The notes below the pieces were generated by a model. That model had not been told where the DNA came from and did not search any database. It saw only the letters and a program-made list of their open reading frames with translations. A DNA stretch of 64,000 nt. Source: Thecamonas trahens ATCC 50062 (Eukaryota; Protista; Apusomonadida). Where the stretch lies: assembly GCF_000142905.1 (NCBI RefSeq), contig NW_013657666.1:37399-101398 (forward strand). The letters are read 5' to 3'. Both the position numbers and the translations under genes were made by a program. Numbering within the stretch: the stretch's first letter is position 1; the number at the start of each line of letters is the position of its first letter. Below are positions 1 to 9,269 of the stretch, one piece after another.

Positions 1-1
1 C

Positions 2-1291
2 CACAACCTGTCCAAGGCCATCTCGGCCGCCACTGCTGACTGCACATCGCTGCAGAACTACTGGCTTCGTCAGCAGCGCTCGCTCGTGAACCACGAGAAG
101 GACGCCGCCGACCAGGCGACCATGATCACCGAGCTCCGCGCCCAGCTCACGGTCCTCCAGCAGAAGAAACTGCGCCTCGACTCGCTCGCCGCCGGACACA
201 ACGCCGAGTGCGCCGAGTACGAGAAGGCTGTCCGCGCTGCCCAGCGCCAGCTCGCCGTCCTTAACGAGAAGATCGCCGACAACGAGGCGGCGCAGGCCCG
301 CCTCGCCGAGGCCAACCTCACCCAGGAGAACGAGTTTGTCCGCAAGCTGCAGGATGCTGAAAAAGTTGCCGTCTCGCTCGAAATCGAGGTCGACGAGCTC
401 CTCTCCGAAAAGAAGTTCCTCCTCTCGGATGTCATCGAGGCCGAGCGCCAGATCATGCTGTGGGAGAAGAAGATCCAGCTCGCTCGAGAGACGCAGGAAG
501 CGCTCGACCCCGAGGTCGGTGCCAACGAGGTCAAGGCCATGAAGAAGGAGATCCACCGCATGAAGCTCCGCCACGCCTCGCTCCTCCGCCACCAGGAGAA
601 GATGGTGCAAGACATGGAAAAGGCCATTGTCCGCCGCGAGCACATCTGGGCCCGCGGACGCGCCGTCCAGAAGAAGGCCGCCTCCACCCGCGACCGCGGT
701 GCCGCCGCAAAGGCTGCCGTCGCCACCCGCGCCTCCATCCAAAAGGCTCTCGCCACCCTCGACGCCAAGATCAAGGCTGCCACCGCAGACCTGGAGGCCT
801 CGGACGCCGAGCTCCACGCACTTGCGCAGTCGCAGGACGCCACCCTTGGCGCCATCGAGGAGACCCAGGCAGCCGTCGCCGACCTCACCGTTGCCGCCGA
901 TGACCTCGCGGCCCGCCGCCTTGGCCTCGCCTTTACCCGCGACCGCAACATCCTCAACCTCGCCCGCCTTCAGCGGCTCACCAAGCGCTACACTGCCGTA
1001 GCTCATGGCAAGTACCGCCTCTCCGCGGCGGCGTCCGCCGCCCCGGCCGCTCTTGACGACGCCATCGCCACAGAGCACGCCAAGCGTGACTCGCTCGCCT
1101 CGGTCCTTGCCAAGGCCCGCGACCTGCTCGTCGACAGGCGCGAGCACGCCCGCCCGCGCCCGCCGCACCAGCCTCGCCCCGCTCCCGACGCAGACTTTGC
1201 CGATCCCGACGCCGCCGTCACCGACTCGTCCGCCGACTCGACTCTTATTCTCGCCTACGTCGAGCACCTCATTGAGTCGACAAAGTGGTGA
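2..1291 (+). CDS. CCDC40: Coiled-coil domain-containing protein 40 (axonemal ruler, FAP172), C-terminal part; 5' end outside the window
   Basis: Frame open from base 2 (HNLSKAI...LQNYWLRQQ). Coiled coil with [16 protein letters not shown] and [11 protein letters not shown] motifs typical of the CCDC40 C-terminus. TGA at 1289-1291. Confidence 0.8.
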   Translation, partial: HNLSKAISAATADCTSLQNYWLRQQRSLVNHEKDAADQATMITELRAQLTVLQQKKLRLDSLAAGHNAECAEYEKAVRAAQRQLAVLNEKIADNEAAQARLAEANLTQENEFVRKLQDAEKVAVSLEIEVDELLSEKKFLLSDVIEAERQIMLWEKKIQLARETQEALDPEVGANEVKAMKKEIHRMKLRHASLLRHQEKMVQDMEKAIVRREHIWARGRAVQKKAASTRDRGAAAKAAVATRASIQKALATLDAKIKAATADLEASDAELHALAQSQDATLGAIEETQAAVADLTVAADDLAARRLGLAFTRDRNILNLARLQRLTKRYTAVAHGKYRLSAAASAAPAALDDAIATEHAKRDSLASVLAKARDLLVDRREHARPRPPHQPRPAPDADFADPDAAVTDSSADSTLILAYVEHLIESTKW

Positions 1292-1314
1292 GGGTGAGCT
1301 GTCGCTCGCGTCGC

Positions 1315-1540
1315 CACACACAAACGCTCACACAAACGCTTACGCACACACACACGCATACGCACACATACACACACACACACACACACGCATACGCACA
1401 CACGCATACGCACACACACACGCACACACATGCATACGCACGCACACACGCACACGCACGCGCACACGCACGCGCACACGGACACACACGCACTCGCAAA
1501 CGGGGACCACTTGACTCCCCCCCCCCCCCCCCCCCCCCCC
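1315..1540. repeat. Degenerate (CA)n/CACG microsatellite followed by a poly-C tract
   Basis: Directly visible CA/CACGCA repeats at ~1315-1495 and a C-run at ~1517-1541. Confidence 0.9.
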
Positions 1541-1781
1541 CTAAGTGATGGACAAAATTTGAAGTCGGAAGGACCAGAAGGTCCTGAAAAAGGTCAGGAT
1601 CGGCTCAGCCTAATGCGTGTTGGTCCAAGTCTCACAAGAATATCAGGAGATAGGGTTGCCTGACTGGGCAAAGAGGACGTCAGGAAAGAGGCCCAAATGA
1701 TAAGAGGATCAAGAAGGCTCGTCAAGATGCTAAATGGTCATGCAACCGAGACTACCTCCAATCTACCCATACACACCACCA

Positions 1782-4303
1782 ATGTCCGAGGTCATCATCC
1801 TCGACTCGAACTCCGACGATGATTCCACCGCTTTCATGGTCGGTAGCAACCAGAGCGTCGCCACGGCCCAGTCCAGCAAACCACGACCTTTTTTGTCCAC
1901 CACCACCACCACCACACTGACCGCCACACGCAAGCGCAAGCGAAAGAACACACCTATGTCCGACTCCACCCTCACCCCCACACCCTCTGCTGGTGCTGGT
2001 GCTGCTTCCTGTCCGGGGCTGGGGTCATGGCTGGCTCACGAGGAACGGGGCGCAAGAGGGCGGCGACAGGCAGAGGTGCAGGCAAGAGTCGGCGGATCAA
2101 CACCAGGGAGATGGATCTAGAGGCGGCGCTGAAGGCGTCGGCGGAAGAGGCGGCGCGGGCGGACAAGTTGGAGAGCGTGCGGGCAAAGGAGGCAAAGGCT
2201 CGGCGTGAGGCGCGGAAGAGGGTCCGATCCGAGGGCTTGCATGTGGTGACACCGGCGACGCTGGCTGGCGAGATGGCGAGCGCCACGGGCAGATTCAGGC
2301 TGTACTACATGCGGCAGATGGGTCTTATTCTAGAGCACGTTGTCCCGACCTGGATGCATGTGCTGAGCCCTGCTGAGGTCGACATTGCCCGCAAGTTCGT
2401 GACTGGCCTCACCTCGCCGGCGCAGCGGTTGTTTGTCCGCCTTTACCTCCGCAAGGGTCCCTGGTTCACCCTCAACGCGTGTATGCAATACTCGGAGCTA
2501 GTCCTTCCTCCGCCAGCCGACGACGGCCTCGTCGATGCGCTGGCGGTACAGGCTGCGGTGGAGGCTGCCGGCGCCGAGCTCGAGGACGCCGGCTTTGCGC
2601 TCAAGGACTTTGCCGGCGAAGCTAGCGTCGACGAGCTGATAGGCGCACGGAGTAGAGTCGAACTGGAAGCGTTTGTGGTCGAGGCACTGGGAGCAGGGCC
2701 CAGCCTGGCGCGGAGCGAGAAGCGAGCCGGGCTGGAGGCGATGGTGCGGCGGGAGGCTCACGCGCGCGACCTGCTTGTCGCCCATCGGAGCCAGCCCGAG
2801 TGGGTCATCCGGCTCGCACCCGAGGTGACAGCCGTCTTTGACCTATGCCAGTTTCTGTTCCAGCTCCGCGACGCGCGCGACCGCGACGCGATGACCTCGC
2901 TGACTCTAATGGCGATGCGGCAGGCGCGGTTTGCCCATCTCCCGCTGGAGCCGCTGCCGACAAGCGTGCCGGTGCGCGGGCGGAGTGCGGTCGTCATGGA
3001 CGACGACGGCAAGGCGCGGAGCGCGTCTGGCGCGTCGGCGGCGCGAGCCATCTTTCCTACACGGCACGCGCTCGACGCCTTTATGGCGCTGCAGGCCAGC
3101 GTGGCAAGTGTTGACGGCGCCAAGACAATGACGCCTGACCTGGCGGCGCTCGTCGAGGCGTCACAACTGTGGCTCGAGGCGCACGCAGGACGGTTTGCGC
3201 GCAAGCACAGCGGGCCTCCGCCATTTGCGCTCCGGTACACCGCCGGATGGCAGCACGCGCGGCTGCTGACGTACGGGACGCGGGTGCTTGAGCGCGAGGG
3301 CCGGTATCGCGATGCCGTCGCCGCACTCCGGCTCCTCCTCAGCCTCAACGGGCTCTGTGTCCATCGGCGCGGCGAATGGTGGGAACGGCTGGCAACAGAC
3401 CTAGTCCACCTCAAGCGGCCACAGGAGGCACTCGACGCGGCGGTGGCCGGCCTCGCGGAGCGTTGGGTGGTGTTTGGCCATCGGTTTGCGCTGCAGAAGC
3501 GTGTGGCGAGCCTTGCCAAGCCGCCGCTGGTGTACTCTGCGGCGCGCCTGGCGAGTGTCCGGGCGCACTTTGAGGAGCTGGCCGAGCCAAGCACGCGCAC
3601 GATTGTAGGCGAGCTCGTCGGCGGCGGGGCAGGGTGGAGCGGGCGGAACGTGTGGGCGGCGGGGCCAACGAGCGATGTGCCCGGCGCGCATGTGAGCGTC
3701 GAGCAGGTGGCGCTCGACTGGTACGCGGCCAAGCTGGGGTATGTAGGGCGGCACGATGAGGGCACACTTTTGCGATTGGTCTTTGTGCTTGTGCTGTATG
3801 ACGCACTGTTTGCGAGCGTCGACGGGGTGTTTGTGACGGCGGCACAGGACGCGCCGCTCGACACCCGCGACGCGCACTTTTACGCGCGGCGGGCCGATGT
3901 CATCGAGGCAGCGCTAGAACAAGTGAGTCGCCTTGGCGGCGAAGAGCTCGGAGCACACCTCGCGGTGGCGTATGCAGCGCACGAGGGCAAGTGCGTGCGT
4001 GGCGCGGCGTGGGAGAGCGTGAGTGTGGACGAGGTGGTGGGCTTTGGGCGAGCGGCGCGCGGACCGGCCCTCGCGAGCCTGCTGCGGGCGATGGCGAAGC
4101 ACCGGTACCTCTCGGGCGGCTTTCCGGACCTTGTGTTGTGGCGCGAGGGGGCGGGCGCTGTCGGCTCGGTGATGATGGTCGAGGTCAAAGGTCCGAGCGA
4201 CGCACTCTCGACCAAGCAGCGAGTGTGGAACTCGATTCTGTTGCGGTCCGGGTTTGTCGTCGAGTTGGCGCTTGTCCGCGAGGCGCATGCGGCGACGGCC
4301 TAG
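1782..4303 (+). CDS. FAN1: Fanconi-associated nuclease 1 (VRR-NUC), with one apparent frameshift near 2005-2012
   Basis: RLFVRLYLRKGPWF, RRGEWWERL..DL.HL, F.TA.QDAPLD and the VRR-NUC motif GGFPDL...VEVKGP.D.LS.KQ..W. The upstream ATG at 1782 (MSEVIILD..., basic RKRKRK NLS) is in another frame and joins ORF 2027..4303 by a -1 shift. Confidence 0.9.
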
Positions 4304-5655
4304 CAGGCTGCGAGGCGGGCGCGGTGCTCTTTGGCGAGACGTGGGAGGAGCGTGTGGATGTTGGTGTCAAAGACGCGGGCGGGAAAACCAATGGCGAGCT
4401 TGGAGGCGACGTCAAAGGTGAGCGGGTTGGCGGCGTAGAGAGCGCGGAGGTGGGGAACGGCGGCCGGGTCGAGGAGGCCAGCGTCGACGAGCTTGGCAAG
4501 GCGGACGACGGCGTTGACGGCTGGGACCGGATAGTCTGAGCCGTAGACAAGTCGCGGGAGGAGATCGCGGCGATTGAGCAGGAGGTCGCGGGTGTGTGCG
4601 ATGCGCTTGAACGAGGTAAGGGCAGCAATGTCGCCGTAGAGGCGGTCAGTGTAGCGCGGGTTGTCCATGAGGCGGAGCCAGAGATCGAACGCCGGGACGC
4701 GGACGAGGCCTGGGGCGTCAAGGTCGAGCGCCATGCCCTCGGAGCCGCAGTGCGCGGCAATGACCTTGACGCCAGCGTCGAGCGGGGTCCGGAGGAGGAG
4801 CGGGTTGCCCAGCGCGTTATTGAGGCCGCCGGCGTCGACGGTGTGCTCGTCGCCGGTATGGGAGAGGAGCGCCATGTCGAGCTCGACCATGGCGGCGTAG
4901 AACGGAGCGCACGCCGGCGACGACGGGTCGATGCCCTGAGCATTGGGCAGCCACTTGACGATGCAGCAGCCTGCGGCGGCGGCGGCGCGGAGGGCGGGAA
5001 CAGCGTCGTGTCGGTAGGGATGGATGGAGGCGACTGGAACAAAGAGGTGCGGATGACGGGCAGCAAGCTCGATGACGTACGCGTCGGGCGTGTAGAGGCC
5101 CGAGCGGGCGTCGTCTGCAGCGCCATCGGGCGTGTGGTACTTGTCAAAGGCAAGGAGACAGGCAAAGGGACCGGGCGGCGACGACAGCGGCGCGCGATGC
5201 GGAAGAAAGTGCTCCAGAAGCGACTTGAGCCGATCCATGTAAACCGAGTCTGCGGCAAAGGTGGATCGCACGCCGGCTGCGGCCATGAAGACCCACATCT
5301 TGAGCTTGAGGATGGGATGGCAGGGCGAGGAGAAGCGGCGGTTGGCGCAGCAGCCCGAGCCCGAGTCGCCGAGGCCGACAACATGGCAGTGGACATCGTA
5401 CGATGACGAGAGATCGATACCGGACGAGGTGAGCAGGTGGTCGAGCCAGGCCCGGCTCGCGGCAGGCAGGGCGTCCATGGTGGTGCCGTCAGTGGGTGCC
5501 TGTCGGCCTGCCGCCGCGTCGATGAGGCTCCGCAAGCCGAGGCCGAGCAGGCCTGGTGAGGAGGCCCAGTTGTCCGAGAAGCAGATGTATGCCAGCTCGA
5601 GGAGGACGAGGCCCAGCGCCGAGAGTGCAGGTGTTGTCCATGACCAGTCGAGCAT
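4300..5655 (-). CDS. Amidohydrolase superfamily (Amidohydro_2-like) metal-dependent hydrolase with an N-terminal hydrophobic anchor
   Basis: D-x-H-x-H (YDVHCH), VASIHPYR, KWLP, HTGDE, IAAHC and YGSDYP TIM-barrel metal motifs. The likely ATG is at 5655, since the upstream part of the ORF is a tandem repeat. Confidence 0.85.
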   Translation of the reverse strand: MLDWSWTTPALSALGLVLLELAYICFSDNWASSPGLLGLGLRSLIDAAAGRQAPTDGTTMDALPAASRAWLDHLLTSSGIDLSSSYDVHCHVVGLGDSGSGCCANRRFSSPCHPILKLKMWVFMAAAGVRSTFAADSVYMDRLKSLLEHFLPHRAPLSSPPGPFACLLAFDKYHTPDGAADDARSGLYTPDAYVIELAARHPHLFVPVASIHPYRHDAVPALRAAAAAGCCIVKWLPNAQGIDPSSPACAPFYAAMVELDMALLSHTGDEHTVDAGGLNNALGNPLLLRTPLDAGVKVIAAHCGSEGMALDLDAPGLVRVPAFDLWLRLMDNPRYTDRLYGDIAALTSFKRIAHTRDLLLNRRDLLPRLVYGSDYPVPAVNAVVRLAKLVDAGLLDPAAVPHLRALYAANPLTFDVASKLAIGFPARVFDTNIHTLLPRLAKEHRARLAAC

Positions 5656-5678
5656 GATGGGGTAGGAGAAGTGGCGGG

Positions 5679-5927
5679 GGGGGGGGGGTACGATTGTTTG
5701 TTGAAGAAATGATCGTTGGTGGGGTGGTGGAGGGGGTACGATTGTTTGTTGGAGAAATGATCGTTGGTGGGGTGGTGGAGGGGGGGTACGATTGTTTGTT
5801 GGAGAAATGATCGTTGGTGGGGTGGTGGAGGGGGGTACGATTGTTTGTTGGAGAAATGATCGTTGGTGGGGTGGTGGAGGGGGGTACGATTGTTTGTTGG
5901 AGAAATGATCGTTGGTGGGGTGGTGGC
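5679..5927. repeat. Minisatellite, 5 copies of a ~49-bp unit (GGGGGTACGATTGTTTGTTGGAGAAATGATCGTTGGTGGGGTGGTGGA)
   Basis: TACGATTG recurs at 5689, 5737, 5787, 5836 and 5885. Units differ only in G-run length and one G>A. Confidence 0.95.
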
Positions 5928-5942
5928 CTTTACTTTTTGGCA

Positions 5943-5986
5943 GGCAGACAGTGGCCGAGGCAGAGACAGTGGCCGAGGCAGAGACT
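5943..5986. repeat. Short 18-bp direct repeat (GGCAGAGACAGTGGCCGA), about 2.5 copies, upstream of STAT
   Basis: Visible tandem duplication. Confidence 0.8.
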
Positions 5987-6022
5987 GTCACAGCTCACTC
6001 TCGGCAAGCACAAGGCGGGCAG

Positions 6023-9000
6023 ATGGCAAGTCGGGGAAGCCAATGGGAGTCAGTTCAAAGCCACTCTGCGGTGAATGAGCTGTATGACCAAGTCAAGGAT
6101 CCCTCTGGAGCACTCTACTTCCCCATCGAACTCCGTCATTACTTTGCCCCCTTTCTCGAGGACCAGCCATGGCACATGATCAACCCCGACGACAGAGCAC
6201 ATGCCGCAAACGCACGCATGTACACAGACCTTCTGTTCAAGTACGTACCTGGGTGTCGGGAGGGGATGGAGAGGAGCAGTGGTGGTGTTGGTCTTGGTGG
6301 TGGTGGTGGTGGTGGTGGAGGGGGGGGGGGCTGTGCGTCGGTGGTCGTGGCTGGGAAAGGGGTGCGAAGCATGTGGCTGGGGAACGCCGACATGCGGGCC
6401 AAGTTGGGGAAGGAGGGGAGGGGGGAGGGGGTGGAGGGGAGGGAGGGGAGGGAGGGGGGGAGGGAGGGAAGGGGGTCAGTGGATACAATGTTGATANNNN
6501 NNNNNNNNNNNNNNNNNNNNNNNNNNNNNNNNNNNNNNNNNNNNNNNNNNNNNNNNNNNNNNNNNNNNNNNNNNNNNNNNNNNNNNNNNNNNNNNNGGGA
6601 GGGGGGGGAGGGGAGGGAAGGGGGTCATGGATACAATGTTGATAGGTGTGGCTACGGCATGGACCCGTGTGGGTGGGTGGGTGGGGAAGGGGAGGGGGAA
6701 GAGGGAGGGAGGGGAGGAGGCAAGGAGGCCGAGGAGGGGGAAGACGGAGGGAGGGAGGGAGGGAGGGAGGGAGGGGGAGGAGACAAGGAAGCAAGGAGGC
6801 AAGGAGGCAGGGGGGAGGGGGGGGGGGTGGATTCAGGGATGTAAGGAGGCAGACAGGGGGGTAGAGTGGGCGGGCACAAGGTGCAGGCAGACAGACAGAC
6901 AGACAGAGCAGGCCATGGCGTAACTCATGCGGGGGACGCGGTGGTTGCGGCTGATGAGGACAGGAAAATCGCGGAGAAGATCAACTCGCTCGCACTCTCG
7001 CCGAACCAAGACGCGTACATTCTCAAAATCCGGCTGGAGGAGATTGCGGTGGCGCTCGAGGCAAAGTACGCGTCGGATCCGCTCGAGCTTGTGCGGGTCA
7101 TCCTGTACGTGCTCGGCCACGAGCGCGAGATCCTGGAGACCGGCGGAACCAAGACCAAGTTTGCCATGCACTCATCGTCGTTCTCGTCAACCTCGTATGG
7201 CATGGACGTGTCCAAGCTCAACGACGCCTCGCTCAACGCTGAGATCCAAAAGCTGCAGGAGCACACGGCCGAGACCGAGGCTGCGCTTGCGCAACTGCTA
7301 CAGGACCAAGAGTACCTGGTCATCTGGCACCAGGACTGGGACGAGCTCAACGCTCGGGCCCAGGCCGCGTCGGGCGCGCAGGCCAAGGCACTTGCCGCTG
7401 AGTGCCACACCTTGCGTGGGAACATCATGCAGGCACAAGAGGGCATTCTGCGGACGCGGCGCGAGATTCTCGAGGCGCATGTCGGCGCCATCACCCACTC
7501 GGAGCAGGTCCTCTCTATCCTGCTGGCCAAGCTCAAGCAGTGGAAGGCAGTCCAGCGAAAGCAGACCATGGACGAGTCCTTCCTCAACGACGTGCTCAAC
7601 CACATGCAGCTCCAGTTCGAGTCGCTTGCAGACGTATACTGGAACATCCGCCACCAGCTCCGCCAGCACGAGGTCCAGCGCGAGCAGCTCGATTGCGGCG
7701 ACGAGAACGAGTCGGCCGTCTTTGATCAGCTCTCGACCCAGCTCCACGCCCAGCTCGAGACTCTCCTCCGTGCTTCGTTTGTCATTGTTGAGCAGCCGCC
7801 GCAGGTCATGAAGACGTCGACCAAGTTCTCGTCTGCTGCCCGCATTCTCGTCGGCGGCAAGCTCAACATGCACCTCTCGCCGCCAGAAGTCAACCTTCAA
7901 CTCGTCAATGAGCCGCAGGCCACCGCGCTCGTCAACGACGACGAGCTCATCGGAAACTCGGGCGACTTGCTCAACGGCAAGCAGATGATGGCGTACTCCG
8001 AGTCGACCCGGACCCTCCAGGCTACCTTTAAGAACCTCTCACTCAAGAAGATCCGCCGCCACTCGGCCCGCAAGGAGGTGGTGACCGAAGAGAAGCTCGC
8101 CCTCATCTTTGTCACCTCGGTCCAGCTCGGCGACCTGACCTACAACCTGTGGACCATGTCGGTCCCTGTCGTCGTCATCGTCCACAACAACCAGCTCGTC
8201 CGCGCCACCGCCACCGTGTTTTGGGACAACTCATTCGGCAAGACCGACCGCGCCCTGTGGGAGGTCCCCGACGCCGTCCGCTGGCCCAAGTTTGCTGCCG
8301 GTCTCAACCACTTTTTCACCCTCGCCAACGGCCGCCCGCTCACCCCCGACGCCCTCAACTTTCTCGGCTCCAAGCTCCTCGAGCCCGGCGAGGACACCGT
8401 TGAGTGGCGCACCTTTTCCAAGGACAACCTCCGCAACCGCTCCTTCACCTTTTGGGAGTGGTTCTACGCCATCGTCGAGCTCGTCCGCAAGCACCTCGCC
8501 GGCCCCTGGATCGATGGCCTCGTCGTCGGCTTTGTCTCAAAGTCCGCCGCCTCGGAAGCCCTCATGCACCAGCCACGCGGCACCTTTCTCATGCGCTTTT
8601 CAGACTCGGAGCTCGGCGGCGTCTCGGTCTCGTGGAACGTCGTCGACGGCGCAACAGGCACGTCCAAAGTCTACAACCTCCAGCCGTGGTTCGAGAAGGA
8701 CCTCGCCATCCGCTCGCTCCCAGACTGCATCAAGGACCTCGACCAGCTCCGGATACTGTATCCGGGCACACCCAAGGACGACGCCTTTGCAAAGTACTAC
8801 TCGGAGGAAAAGGTTGTCGTCGGCGACGGCGACTACGTCCGCGCCACCATCAACGCCGCCATCATCGGTGACGAAGACGCCACAGGTACCCTCGACTCAA
8901 TCGCCACCAGCTCTACCCTCTCCACCATGGACTTCAACACTGGCTCGCTCGAGTACGACTCGCTCGCCGCCATCACGGGCTTCCCCATGTCCTCGTACAT

Positions 9001-9194
9001 GGGCGTCGGCCTCGACAGGCCTCGACGTCGGCGGTCCCTCGGGCGTCGCCGTCTCGGTCCCCATGGCCGTCACCAACCCGCCCCATCTGCCCCAGGACCT
9101 CGCCGCCGTGGACTACAACTCTTACGGCGCGCCCGAGGCCATCACCTTTCCCTCGATGATCGACATCGAGGCTCCGGCGACCATGGATGAGTGA
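6023..9194 (+). CDS. STAT: STAT transcription factor (STAT5/6-like architecture): exon 1 6023-6240, exon 2 6964-9194, apparent +1 error near 9000
   Basis: N-domain FPIELRHYFAPFLEDQPW; coiled coil; DNA-binding domain FVIVEQPPQVMK...VTEEK...SVPVVVIVHNNQ...ATVFWDNSF; linker FTFWEWF; SH2 GFVSK...GTFLMRFSDS; tail GDYVR. Splicing gives in-frame LLFK|KIAEK. Confidence 0.95.
6241..6963 (+). other. Spliceosomal intron of STAT (G-rich, contains an N-gap)
   Basis: GTACGT donor at 6241; GCTGAT branch-like motif and CAG acceptor ending at 6963; the phase-2 join restores the frame. Confidence 0.85.
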
Positions 9195-9269
9195 CCGCGC
9201 GTCACATGGTCTGGCAACATAACATGCACGTCCACTAGCCTGCCGTCCACCGCCTTCATCCTGCTGTTG

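Noticed and set aside
5679-5927. CRISPR-like array
   Set aside because: Units are contiguous near-identical repeats without unique spacers; no cas genes; eukaryotic context.
5656-5991. N-terminal extension of the amidohydrolase ORF (PPPPHQRSFLQQTIV repeats)
   Set aside because: It is a translation of the 49-bp minisatellite, whose unit length is not a multiple of 3 and whose frame drifts between copies.
6470-6650. Direct repeat GGATACAATGTTGATA on both sides of the N-gap
   Set aside because: Probably overlapping contig ends or an intronic repeat at a scaffold gap; cannot be assessed.
9005-9190. Arg-rich STAT C-terminus (RPRRRRSLGRRR) given by the ORF track
   Set aside because: Out-of-frame reading after a probable extra G; the alternative frame gives a more plausible acidic tail ending at 9194.
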